Part shown: positions 22,971 through 32,046 of the stretch, in pieces | Layout of the letters: each line of letters begins with the position of its first letter | Numbering within the stretch: the stretch's first letter is position 1 | Origin: an uncultured Chloroflexia bacterium | GTDB lineage: Bacteria; Chloroflexota; Limnocylindria; Limnocylindrales; CSP1-4 | DNA length: 64,000 nucleotides | Reading direction: 5' to 3' | Assembly: GCA_963722105.1 (NCBI GenBank) | Contig: CAVRKQ010000001.1 | Span: forward strand, 13,686 to 77,685 | Position numbers and translations under genes: made by a program | Notes under the pieces: model-generated | Seen by the model: the letters and a program-made list of their open reading frames with translations, nothing else | What the model was told of the DNA's origin: nothing | Databases searched by the model: none

Positions 22971-23699
22971 TCACAGGGGTCCCGAGATCCCGCCATCCTT
23001 CCTGATCCGCCAGAAATGGACGGCCAGGAAGATCGCGGTCACGAGCGGGAGCAGCATGATGTGGAGCACGTAGAAGCGGAGCAGCGTGTTCTGCCCAACT
23101 TCGAAGCCGCCGAAGATCAGCGCCTGGATCGGGGTGTTGATCACGGGCGTGTAGCTGGCCATGTTCAGGCCGATCGTGATGGCCCAGTAGCTGATCTGGT
23201 CCCACGGCAGCAGGTAGCCGGTGAACGACAGGGCGATCGTCATCAGCAGGAGGATCACGCCGACGACCCAGTTGAACTCGCGCGGCGGCTTGTAGGCCCC
23301 GTGGTAGAAGACCCGCATCATGTGGAGGAAGACGAAAAAGACCATCAGGTGGGCGCCCCACCGATGGACGTTCCGCGTCAGCAGGCCGAACGCCACGCTC
23401 GCCTGGATGTTCAGGATGTCCGTGTAGGCGTTCGTGGTCGACGGGATGTAGAAGAACATCAGGTACACGCCCGTCACGGTCAGGACGAGGAACAGGAAGA
23501 ACGACAGCCCGCCGAGGCAGAAGGTGTAGGCGAACTTGACGGCGTGCTGCCGGACCCGCACCGGGTGGAGGTGCAGGAAGACGTTGTTCATGACCGCGTA
23601 CGCGCGCGAGCGCTCGTCCGTCGGGTAGGGGTTCCGGAACAGCGACCGCCAGGCGGAACTCCGGCGGATGGCCTGGTCCACCCGCTCCAGGAAGCTCAA
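22971..23699 (-). CDS. petB: Cytochrome b6-like protein (N-terminal four-helix half)
   Basis: YTFCLGGLSF, TGVYLMFFYIP, RNVHRWGAHLM..LHMMRVFYHGAYKPPREFNW, FTGYLLPWDQ, RFYVLHI..AVHF..IRKDG.ISGPL; AGGAGG then TTG 23699 overlapping the upstream TGA. Confidence 0.92.
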   Translation of the reverse strand: MSFLERVDQAIRRSSAWRSLFRNPYPTDERSRAYAVMNNVFLHLHPVRVRQHAVKFAYTFCLGGLSFFLFLVLTVTGVYLMFFYIPSTTNAYTDILNIQASVAFGLLTRNVHRWGAHLMVFFVFLHMMRVFYHGAYKPPREFNWVVGVILLLMTIALSFTGYLLPWDQISYWAITIGLNMASYTPVINTPIQALIFGGFEVGQNTLLRFYVLHIMLLPLVTAIFLAVHFWRIRKDGGISGPL

Positions 23700-25534
23700 C
23701 GGGCCATTCCTCCTGCGACGCCGGTCGTCCCGGCCAGCTGCGCGTCGCGGTACGACTCCTTGTAGAGCCGCCCGTCGGTCGAGATCTCCTGCAGCTCGAA
23801 CCGCTCCATCGTAATGGCGTCGAACGGGCAACGCTTGACGCACAGCGCGCAGCGGATGCAGCGCTCCTCGTCGAGGATCATCGCGGCCCCGTCCTGCCAG
23901 CCGTAGGCCTCGTCGAGCTCCGTGAGGAGGCCCTCGGACTTCAGCTGGTTGACGTCGACCATGTGGATGACGCCCTCGGGGCAGACATCCGCGCAAGCGC
24001 CGCAGAGGACGCAGCGGAACGGGTCGAACCAGATGTTGTAGTTGCACATCAGGCAGCGGGTCGACTCGGCGACCGCGCCCGTCGCGTCGTAGCCCTGCTC
24101 GACCTGGGTCGTGAAGTTGACGTCAGGATCCGTCGACGGCATCCGGTCCACGAGCGGCGTCATCGGGATGTGCTGGCGCGGCAGGACGTCGTAGAACTCC
24201 GGCATCTCGAAGGTCCACGAGCTCGTCATCTTGACGTTCGCCGCGACGGTCACATCGGTGCGGCCGGCGAGGTACCGATCGATGGCGTAGGCGCACTTCT
24301 TGCCGTGGCCGGCGGCCTCGATGAGGGTCGTGGGACCGGTCACGAAGTCGCCGCAGGCGAAGACGCCCCGGACGTTCGTCGCGTACGTCGCCGGATCGAC
24401 CTTGACGCGGCCGCGGTTGACCTCGAAGTCCGCCTCGACCGGCAGGAACGTCAGGTCCGCGGCCTGCGACACCGCCGGGATCACGGTGTCGGCCTTGATG
24501 ACGAACTCCGAGCCGGGGATCGGCACGGGCGAGCGGCGGCCGGAGGCGTCCGGCTCGCCGAGCTTGTTGCGGATGAACTTCACGCCGGTGACGTGGCCGT
24601 TCTCGCCGAGGACCTCGATCGGGCTGGCGAGGAACTCCATCCGAACGCCCTCGCGCTCGGTCTCGCCGAGCTCCTCCTCGTCCACGACCAGCTCGGAGCG
24701 CGTCCGGCGGTAGACGATCGCGACGTTCTCGGCGCCGTGGCGAAGGGACGTCCGCGAGCAGTCCATCGCGGTGTAGCCACCGCCGATCACCACGACGTCC
24801 TTGCCGACCTCGATCGGCTCGCCGAGGTTGGCCTTCTTCATGAAGTCGACGCCGTACTGGACGCCCTCGAGCTCCGCGCCCGGCACGTCGAGGGCCACGG
24901 CGTTCATCGCGCCGGCGGTGATCGCGACCGAGTCGTGGGTCCGCTGGAGCTCGTCGAAGGTCAGGTCGACCCCGATGTTGGTGTTGTAGTGGAACGTGAC
25001 CCCGAGGCGCTCGACGAGGCGGATGTCCATCTCGATCGCCTCGCGCGGGAGGCGGAACGCCGGGACGCCGATGAGCATCGTCCCGCCGCCGTACGGCAGC
25101 GAGTCGTAGACGTCGACCCCGTAGCCCTTCATCGCCAGCTCGCGGGCCACGGAGATGCCGGCGGGACCTGCGCCGACGACCGCGACGCTCTCGGCGCGGC
25201 GCTCGATGTGGGGCATGACATCCGGGATGCCAGAGGCCTCGTGCCACTCGACCAGGAAGCGCTTCATCGCGCGGATCGCGAGGGGGCGATCGATGTCGCC
25301 ACGGCGGCAGGCCCGCTCGCACGGCGCCGAGCAAACGTAGGAGCACATCGCGGCCACGGGGTTGGGCTCGCGGGAGAGGATGTAGCCCTCCTCGAACCGA
25401 CCCTCGGCGGCCAGGTTGAGGTAGCCGCGGCAGTTCGTGCCGACCGGGCAGGCCTCCTGGCACTCGATGTTGCACTGGAGCCAGGAAGCGTCGACCGGCT
25501 GGACGAGGAACTCCGGGCGGACGTCGAGGGTCAA
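23696..25534 (-). CDS. GltD/DsrL-like FAD- and Fe-S-containing NAD(P)H oxidoreductase with C-terminal 2x[4Fe-4S] ferredoxin
   Basis: CNIECQEACP, CSYVCSAPCERACRRG, GAGPAG, GGGYTAMD, YRR, GDFVTG, RCLMC, CVLCGACADVCP, CIRCALCVKRCP. Confidence 0.9.
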   Translation of the reverse strand: MTLDVRPEFLVQPVDASWLQCNIECQEACPVGTNCRGYLNLAAEGRFEEGYILSREPNPVAAMCSYVCSAPCERACRRGDIDRPLAIRAMKRFLVEWHEASGIPDVMPHIERRAESVAVVGAGPAGISVARELAMKGYGVDVYDSLPYGGGTMLIGVPAFRLPREAIEMDIRLVERLGVTFHYNTNIGVDLTFDELQRTHDSVAITAGAMNAVALDVPGAELEGVQYGVDFMKKANLGEPIEVGKDVVVIGGGYTAMDCSRTSLRHGAENVAIVYRRTRSELVVDEEELGETEREGVRMEFLASPIEVLGENGHVTGVKFIRNKLGEPDASGRRSPVPIPGSEFVIKADTVIPAVSQAADLTFLPVEADFEVNRGRVKVDPATYATNVRGVFACGDFVTGPTTLIEAAGHGKKCAYAIDRYLAGRTDVTVAANVKMTSSWTFEMPEFYDVLPRQHIPMTPLVDRMPSTDPDVNFTTQVEQGYDATGAVAESTRCLMCNYNIWFDPFRCVLCGACADVCPEGVIHMVDVNQLKSEGLLTELDEAYGWQDGAAMILDEERCIRCALCVKRCPFDAITMERFELQEISTDGRLYKESYRDAQLAGTTGVAGGMAR

Positions 25535-25755
25535 GGCGAGGCTGAACCTCTCTGCGCAGTGCGGACGGTCGACACGAGCGGGGCCGGATCGCCGGATCGG
25601 CCCGCGCGGTCAATCTACCATCCGCACCCCTCGCACGCTCGGCGTTGACCTGCGCGAAGCCCCTCGGGCGATTTGACTCGCGCTGGGCTCGCAGCTACGC
25701 TCGGCCCGGCGACGGCGCCCCGGGAGGCGCTGGACAGCGAGGACCCAAACCCCGC

Positions 25756-26877
25756 GTGACCGTGAGCGAGCTGGCCTTCATGGCCCTCGGGCTCCTCCTC
25801 GGCGCCGCCGGGGGTGCGGCCATCATCGTGTTCTTCGGGACCCGGCTTCCGCGACGCGAGATTCGGGTCACCGTGACCCGCGATGCGCTTCCCCGCCGTT
25901 CGGAAACGCTGTCCCAGGACGCGTTCATGACGACGCCGGGCGCACCCGCTCCGGGCGGTCCCGGCGACCGCCGGACGGCCGACCGCGAGGACGCCGCGAA
26001 CCCTCCGGCCATGCCTGCGACCGCCCCCGCGGCTCCGATCGCGATCCCGATCGCACCGTCGCCAGGCGCCACCCCGCATCCGCCCCCGGATCGAACGATC
26101 GTTCCAATCGGACCGGGCCGATCTCCCTCTCGAGGCTTCCCGCCGAGCCCGCCGCGGCCGCGGGTTTCGACGACGGTCCCGATCGGGCAGGCGACCGCGG
26201 ACGTGGGGCCGGTCGCGAGCCCGACCCCGCAGCCATTCCGGAGCCCGATCGCGAGCCAGATCGCGGTCGAGGAGGACGCCGATCGCGATCTCGAGGGGGC
26301 CCGGCACGGGAGCGCCCGGGGCTCGGCGCTGGAGCGGATGCTCCGGGGCGAGCACCGCGCGATGGCCGAAGTGCTCGACAAGGTCGCGGGGCCGGACAGC
26401 CAGCAGCGGCGCGAGTGGGAGCGCCTGCTCCGCGGGCTGGTCGAGGCCATGGCCGAGAACGCGGTCCGCGAAGCCGTGATCGACTTCCCGATGGGCACCG
26501 CGTTCTGGGACAGCTTCACGATCGAGCAATGCCGCCGCGTCGTGGGCGCACTCGCATCCATGGGCTACGCCTACGACGGCCACGCCGGCTGGGTCGACAG
26601 CCGGACCCCTGCCTACCGCGACCTTTCGACGGCCCTCGCCGACGTCGGCATCGACCCGCGACGGATCCGCGCCTGGCCGAACTCGTCGGACATCGCGGGC
26701 CTGTTCGCTGGCGCGCGGCCAGCGCCCGAGGAGCTGCTCGCGGCCGCGGGGCCGGCCTACGAGATGACCGACGTTCGCGAGCTGGTCGGCGAGCGCGCCG
26801 ACGAGCTGCGGGACCTGTGGCTGGCGTGGGACGCGGTCAAGCCCGCGTTGCTCGACGAACACCTGACGACGGCCTGA
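25756..26877 (+). CDS. Hypothetical protein, N-terminal TM anchor, Pro-rich linker, globular C-domain
   Basis: ELAFMALGLLLGAAGGAAIIVFF; Pro/Ala-rich middle; intact ORF divergent from the oxidoreductase. Confidence 0.7.
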   Translation: MTVSELAFMALGLLLGAAGGAAIIVFFGTRLPRREIRVTVTRDALPRRSETLSQDAFMTTPGAPAPGGPGDRRTADREDAANPPAMPATAPAAPIAIPIAPSPGATPHPPPDRTIVPIGPGRSPSRGFPPSPPRPRVSTTVPIGQATADVGPVASPTPQPFRSPIASQIAVEEDADRDLEGARHGSARGSALERMLRGEHRAMAEVLDKVAGPDSQQRREWERLLRGLVEAMAENAVREAVIDFPMGTAFWDSFTIEQCRRVVGALASMGYAYDGHAGWVDSRTPAYRDLSTALADVGIDPRRIRAWPNSSDIAGLFAGARPAPEELLAAAGPAYEMTDVRELVGERADELRDLWLAWDAVKPALLDEHLTTA

Positions 26878-26883
26878 CCTCGG

Positions 26884-27690
26884 CTAGCTCTCGGTCGTCG
26901 AGCCTTCTTCCGCCGCCTCGCCCGGCTCCGGCGATTCGTCGTCGTCATCGATCACGATGACGTGGAAGCCGTCGGCCGCGGTCACCCCGATCCGCTTCCC
27001 GAGCTCCGCCGACCACTCGCGGGTCCACTTCTCGACCGAGGCGAAGTCCTTCAGCTGGCTCTCGTGGCAGCGGAGCGCGTCGAGCTTGCGCCCGACCGTC
27101 GCCGAGGTGTCGACGAAGGCCGTGGGGTTGTCGGACCAGAAGAGGTAGAGGCGCCGGACCCGGTGCGCGGCCAGCCCACCGCGCGCGAGCCACGGGAAGG
27201 CCATCGGGTTGCGCGACGCCGGGTAGACCGCGTCCACGGCGGCGAAGCCCGAAGCGCGATGGTCGGTGTGGTTCACGCCGCTGTCGCGGTAGAAGAGCGT
27301 CTCGGGGTCGGTGGCCAGGACCGCGTCCGGGCGGAAGGTGCGAATCTCGCGCACGAGGTGCTCGCGGAGGACCAGGTCGTTGACCAGCGCGCCGTCCGGC
27401 ATGTGCAGGAACGTCACGCCCGCGTAGCCGACGACGTCGGCTGCGGCGCGCTGCTCTCGCTCCCGGATCGCCGCGAGCTCGAGGGGGTCCATGTCCGGGT
27501 CCTCGCCGCCCTGGTCGCCGCTCGTGCAGCAGACGAGCCAGCCCTCCGAGCCGTCGTCGATCCAACGCGCGGCGGTCGCGGCCGGCCCGAAGTCGGCGTC
27601 ATCCGGGTGCGCCGCGATCACCATGAATTGCTCCGGTCGCCAGGCGTGCGGCTCCTGGACGGGAGCCCCGGGCAGCGCCTCGTCGGTCAT
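26884..27690 (-). CDS. PIG-L/LmbE-family deacetylase
   Basis: AAHPDDADFG, TSGDQG, IREREQRAAA, HTDHR, CHESQ. Confidence 0.9.
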   Translation of the reverse strand: MTDEALPGAPVQEPHAWRPEQFMVIAAHPDDADFGPAATAARWIDDGSEGWLVCCTSGDQGGEDPDMDPLELAAIREREQRAAADVVGYAGVTFLHMPDGALVNDLVLREHLVREIRTFRPDAVLATDPETLFYRDSGVNHTDHRASGFAAVDAVYPASRNPMAFPWLARGGLAAHRVRRLYLFWSDNPTAFVDTSATVGRKLDALRCHESQLKDFASVEKWTREWSAELGKRIGVTAADGFHVIVIDDDDESPEPGEAAEEGSTTES

Positions 27691-28190
27691 CCCGCCGCGC
27701 GAGCGGCCCGCTCCTCGCCGAGCGCCTCGAGCACCTCGGCCGCGTGCCCGTCGGCCTTGACCTTCGGCCAGGCGCGCGCGACGCGGCCGTCCGGGTCGAT
27801 GAGGAAGGTCGAGCGGATGACGCCCATGTAGGTCTTGCCCAGGGCGGTCTTCTCGCCCCAGGCGCCGTAGCGCTCGATGACCTCGCGCTGCGGATCGGTG
27901 AGGAGCGTGAACGGCAGGTCGAACTTCTCGCGGAAGCGCTGGTGGCTCGCGGCGCTGTCCTTGCTCACGCCCCAGACGTCGGCATCGGTCGCGGCGTACT
28001 CGGCGTCGAGGTCGCGGAACTGGCAGGCCTCGGTGTTGCAGCCGGGGGTGTCGTCCTTGGGGTAGAAGTACAGGACGGTCCAGCGGCCGCGCTGCGTGGC
28101 GAGGTCATGCACCGCACCGGTCTCGTCGGGGAGGACGACGGCCGGTGCGACCTGTCCGACCTCGGGGGCGGTCGGGGTCTCGGCGGTCAT
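27687..28190 (-). CDS. bcp: Peroxiredoxin BCP/PrxQ
   Basis: LYFYPKDDTPGCNTEACQFRD, RSTFLIDPDG. Confidence 0.93.
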   Translation of the reverse strand: MTAETPTAPEVGQVAPAVVLPDETGAVHDLATQRGRWTVLYFYPKDDTPGCNTEACQFRDLDAEYAATDADVWGVSKDSAASHQRFREKFDLPFTLLTDPQREVIERYGAWGEKTALGKTYMGVIRSTFLIDPDGRVARAWPKVKADGHAAEVLEALGEERAARAAG

Positions 28191-28891
28191 GGCCGGAATT
28201 TAGCAGGGGTCTCGATCACGAGGAGCCGGCCGGACCCGACGCTGACGCGGGCCACCGGGACGAGCCGCACGTTCGACAGGCCGCGGGCGCGACCGATGTC
28301 CAGCGGCTCATCGCGGAGGGGGTAGCGGAGACCCTCGGTCGCGACACCCTCGGCCGTGTCGCCCAGTGGCAGGAGCGAGACGAGGTCCCCGACCCGGCCC
28401 GCCAGGTCGCGGGACGCGGGCAGCCCGCGGTCGGCGGGACCGACGAGGAGCGAGAGCCGGGCGCCGTGCTCGTCGTAGAGGACGGTGGGCCGGCTTTCCA
28501 GGCCCGGGTGCTGCAGGAGCGCGACGTTGGCGAGTGCGTGATCGACTCGCGCGCCGCCCAGGGCCCCGATGACGACGATCGTGCCGGCGCCGGCCTTGAT
28601 GGCGGCGAGGAGCGCGAGCTCGGTGTCCGACTCGTCCTTGTCGACCGAAGAGCGCTCGATCGCTGCGCCGGCAGCAGCCAGGGCATCGAGCTCGGCCGGC
28701 GACGTCGAGTCGCCGTCGCCGACCCAGCGGTCGACCCGCAGGCCGAGCGCCGGCGCGTGGCGGGCACCGCCGTCGGCGGCCACCACCAACGAGACGCCCT
28801 CGTCCCAGCCAGGCCAGGCCTCGTCCAGGATCGCTCGTTCGGGGGCCGCCCCGTCCGCGAGAACGATCGCCTTGCGGAGGTCAGGCGGCAT
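28187..28891 (-). CDS. thiN: Thiamine pyrophosphokinase
   Basis: AADGGA, GDGDS, DKDESDTELAL, GALGGARVDHALAN, GLRYPL, GLSN. Confidence 0.9.
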   Translation of the reverse strand: MPPDLRKAIVLADGAAPERAILDEAWPGWDEGVSLVVAADGGARHAPALGLRVDRWVGDGDSTSPAELDALAAAGAAIERSSVDKDESDTELALLAAIKAGAGTIVVIGALGGARVDHALANVALLQHPGLESRPTVLYDEHGARLSLLVGPADRGLPASRDLAGRVGDLVSLLPLGDTAEGVATEGLRYPLRDEPLDIGRARGLSNVRLVPVARVSVGSGRLLVIETPAKFRP

Positions 28892-29552
28892 CGCTCGCCT
28901 CGCCGACGGCGCTCAACGGCCCGAGGAGGTCGTCGACGAAGTCGGCGACGAGCGGGAACACCGCGCTCGCCCCGGCCTCGAGCATCACCTCGCGCCGCCC
29001 GATCGTGGACTCGATCCCGATCCCCACGGCGCCCACCGCCCGCGCCATCCGCATGTCGTCCGGGACGTCGCCGACGTAGCGAGCGGTCGCGATCCGCTCT
29101 GCGCGGTTCAGGTCCGTCAGGACCCGCAGGAGCGGCTCGGGATGCGGCTTCGAGGCGATGTCGTCGCTCCCGAAGACCCGCGCCGGGATCAGGTCGCCGA
29201 TCCCGAAGCGCTCGAGCTGCGCGCCCACGATGTCTCGATCGCCGGCGGTCACGAGGCCGAGGACGAAGCCCGCCGCGACGAGCCGCTCCAGCGATTCCCG
29301 CACGCGCGGCAGCAAACCGGCCTCCGCGGCTTCGGCGTAGAGCGAGATCCAGCGCCGACCGGCGTCCTCGAGCCCCTCGTCCGGGACGCCGAGGCGCTGG
29401 TACATCAGGCGCCAGTCGGGGACGTAGGCCGCGCGGTAGCGGTCGTCGTCGAACGGCAGCCCCAGCTCCTCGAGGACCTGCCGGTTGGCCTCGTAGATCG
29501 CGGCCAGGGAGTCGCACAGCGTGCCGTCCCAGTCGAACACGATGGCATCCAT
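28881..29552 (-). CDS. HAD-family hydrolase
   Basis: FDWDGTLCDS, KPHPEP, YVGDVPDD. Confidence 0.9.
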   Translation of the reverse strand: MDAIVFDWDGTLCDSLAAIYEANRQVLEELGLPFDDDRYRAAYVPDWRLMYQRLGVPDEGLEDAGRRWISLYAEAAEAGLLPRVRESLERLVAAGFVLGLVTAGDRDIVGAQLERFGIGDLIPARVFGSDDIASKPHPEPLLRVLTDLNRAERIATARYVGDVPDDMRMARAVGAVGIGIESTIGRREVMLEAGASAVFPLVADFVDDLLGPLSAVGEASDAA

Positions 29553-29608
29553 GGATGGCGATCGTATCGGGCCCGATCGGCGCCGTCCCCGATGCTATCC
29601 TCGCCGCC

Positions 29609-30130
29609 GTGCCGACCGCCCTCGAGCACCCCGCGATCCAACGGGTGCTGGACGTCGCCGCCAGGAAGGGCGTGACCCTCGAGGTCACCGCGTTCCCGGA
29701 GACCACCCACACCGCGGCCGATGCCGCGCGCGTCGTGGGCGCCGAGATCGGCCAGATCGTCAAGTCACTGGTGTTCGTCCTCGCGGGCGACGACGGCGAG
29801 CTCGAGCCGGTCGTGTGCCTCGTCTCCGGCTCGGACCGCGTCGACCTCGAGCGGCTCGCCGCGGTCGTGGGCCGCCGCGACGTCCGGCGCGCGACCGCCC
29901 GCGAAGCGAACGACCTGACCGGCTTCACGATCGGCGGGATCCCGCCGTTCGGCCACGAGCGCCGGACGCGAGTGATCATGGATCCGGCCCTCACCAGCTA
30001 CGAGACCGTCTGGGCCGCCGCGGGGCTGCCGACGGCCGTCTTTCCCGTCGCGCCCGGCATCCTGCGGATGCTCGCGGACGCGCACGTGGCCCCGATCGCC
30101 GAGGAGCCGCCGGTCCAGCAGGCCTCCTAG
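29609..30130 (+). CDS. YbaK/EbsC aminoacyl-tRNA deacylase family protein
   Basis: THTAADAA, GQIVKSLVF, TGFTIGGIPPFGH, VWAAAG; TATCCT 7 nt before GTG. Confidence 0.88.
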   Translation: MPTALEHPAIQRVLDVAARKGVTLEVTAFPETTHTAADAARVVGAEIGQIVKSLVFVLAGDDGELEPVVCLVSGSDRVDLERLAAVVGRRDVRRATAREANDLTGFTIGGIPPFGHERRTRVIMDPALTSYETVWAAAGLPTAVFPVAPGILRMLADAHVAPIAEEPPVQQAS

Positions 30131-30703
30131 GTGGCCGCCGAGCCGCACGACGCCACGATCTCGTACCCGGGCGGCCTTCGCGCCCGCTGGCGCTGGGGCG
30201 GCACCGGGCAGGCACGGGAGGTCTTCGCGCTCTCCGAGGCGGGCGGGAGCCTCGTCGATCTCGGCGCGGAGGTCTCCGAGGCGCCGGACGAGCTCTGCCG
30301 CGCCGAGCTCCGGGTCGACGGGCCGGCTGGTGCGTGGTCCGTGCGCCTCGCCTCAACGATCAACGACGACCCGGCGGCCCAGCTCTGGGACACCGCGGGA
30401 CAGCTCGTCGTGAAGTACGGGTTCCACACGTTCGGGCTGGATTCCCGGACCGGCACGCGGGCATGGAGCCACCGCTCAGGAACCCCGATCCTCGCGGTCT
30501 TTGCGTCGTCGCGGCTGCGGCACGTCATCGTCCAGGCCGAGCTGGAGACCTTCGCGATCGAAGCCGACGGCACGGTCGCGTGGCGGGTCGCGCATTCCGA
30601 CGTCGTCACCGAGGCCTCGATGGTCGGTGGGCGCCTCGTCCTGACCGCGTACGGCGGCGGCGTGAACGCGCTCGATCCCGCGACGGGTCGCTCGACCGGC
30701 TGA
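30131..30703 (+). CDS. Hypothetical protein (PQQ-like beta-rich repeats)
   Basis: Abuts ybaK; FGLDSRTGTRAW, FAIEADGTVAW, ALDPATG. Confidence 0.6.
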   Translation: MAAEPHDATISYPGGLRARWRWGGTGQAREVFALSEAGGSLVDLGAEVSEAPDELCRAELRVDGPAGAWSVRLASTINDDPAAQLWDTAGQLVVKYGFHTFGLDSRTGTRAWSHRSGTPILAVFASSRLRHVIVQAELETFAIEADGTVAWRVAHSDVVTEASMVGGRLVLTAYGGGVNALDPATGRSTG

Positions 30704-30849
30704 CGGCCGGGCCACGTCTGGCCGACGCTGACGGACGAACCGGCACCCGGTCGTTTGTGGACCGACCGTGGACAAGCCCCCGCTCCCGGCCGAATCTCGT
30801 GGACAGGTGCCATTGACCCGGCCCGGTCCAGCCCCCAATGTTGTACCCA

Positions 30850-30922
30850 GCCCGGAGGGGCCGAGCGACACTAACGGCTGAGATCGCATCAAGGCCCACG
30901 TGTCGGGTAGGTTCCTCCGGGC
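30850..30922 (+). ncRNA. Candidate structured small RNA
   Basis: TTGACC-17-CAATGT promoter (30813-30841), then nested stems GCCCGGAGG/CCTCCGGGC and CGACAC/GTGTCG. Confidence 0.35.
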
Positions 30923-30951
30923 CCTTCGATTCCCGCCCTATCCTCATGGGC

Positions 30952-31896
30952 GTGGGTCCCCTCCTCCTCGGTGCCGCGGGCGTGCTTGCCCTGGGCGTTG
31001 CCGTGGCGATCCTGCGCAGCTTCGGCCCGCGCTACCGGGTCGGGCGGCTGCTCGCCGTCGTCAAGCAGGTTTCGATCGCCGATGCCGTTCGTCTCGCCGA
31101 GGCCGGCGAGACGCGCTACGTCCGGATCGACGGGCGGATCGACAGCGACGCGGAGTTCGAGGACGACGCGCATCGACCCCTCGTCCTCCGTCGGACGACG
31201 ATCCAGTGGCGGCCACGCCAGGGCGCGGGAGGCCACGGTGGGGCCGACGACAGCTGGCGCCCGGCGGGTCCGCCCGCGATGGAGCTCGCGCCGTTCGTGG
31301 TCCGCGAGGGCATGGACGAGATCGATGTCGACGCCGCGGCCCTTGAGGCCGGGCTGATCACGGTCCCCCGGGTGAGCGTCGGCACGGTCGCGGATCTCGG
31401 CGACCGGGCGCCGGAGGGAGTCACGGGCGATGCCGACGCGCGCCTCGTCGTCGAGCAGGTCTCGAGCGTCGAGCACGCCACGATCCTTGGGGTTCCGAGG
31501 CGAGCCGACGACGGCCGAGTCGTGATCGGCGCGGGGCTCGGGCGACCGCTCATCCTCACGACCCTCGAGCGCGACGAGGCCATGCGCATCCTCACCGGCG
31601 GGGCAGCCGGCCGATCCCGCATCGCCATCGCCTGCTTCACGGCCGGCGCGATCCTCGTCGGCGCCGCCGCGGTCTGGTGGCTCCTCGACGCGATCTTGGG
31701 TGGTGGCGTCGCGTCCGCGCTCGCAGCCTCGCCGGACCCGACGCTCCGCACGGGTACCGACACCCGTGGCGGTAACACGCCAGGCTTCGTCGGCAATCCA
31801 CTCGTCGCGATCCTCGGCGTCGCGGGCGTCGGCCTGGCCAGCCTCCTGGCCACGCTCGCCTGGATCAGGCTCACCGGCGGTCGCGCCCGCCGCTGA
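30952..31896 (+). CDS. Hypothetical membrane protein
   Basis: TATCCT 7 nt before GTG 30952 (alternative ATG 30946); N-terminal TM, soluble domain, two C-terminal TM segments. Confidence 0.7.
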   Translation: MGPLLLGAAGVLALGVAVAILRSFGPRYRVGRLLAVVKQVSIADAVRLAEAGETRYVRIDGRIDSDAEFEDDAHRPLVLRRTTIQWRPRQGAGGHGGADDSWRPAGPPAMELAPFVVREGMDEIDVDAAALEAGLITVPRVSVGTVADLGDRAPEGVTGDADARLVVEQVSSVEHATILGVPRRADDGRVVIGAGLGRPLILTTLERDEAMRILTGGAAGRSRIAIACFTAGAILVGAAAVWWLLDAILGGGVASALAASPDPTLRTGTDTRGGNTPGFVGNPLVAILGVAGVGLASLLATLAWIRLTGGRARR

Positions 31897-31966
31897 GCCG
31901 CGGGGACCGGACCGATCGCAGGCCCCTCCAACGTTTCCAGGCGCATCGCGCCTCGTCCGGCCCTGC

Positions 31967-31982
31967 TGGTACTTTCGAACCA
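31967..31982. promoter_or_regulatory. Imperfect palindrome TGGTAC-TTTC-GAACCA, candidate operator
   Basis: About 65 nt upstream of the GGDEF gene; related to 41467-41482 and 40323-40338. Confidence 0.4.
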
Positions 31983-32046
31983 TTGGCAAGAAATGTGGGG
32001 TACGCGAGGCTGACCGCCTAACTTCACAAAATCTTCCGGGGGACGA

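Noticed and set aside
30850-30922. TPP riboswitch (contains CTGAGA; thiN is nearby)
   Set aside because: Lacks the ACCTGA and GNAA..GCGNAGG core elements and is not upstream of a thiamine gene
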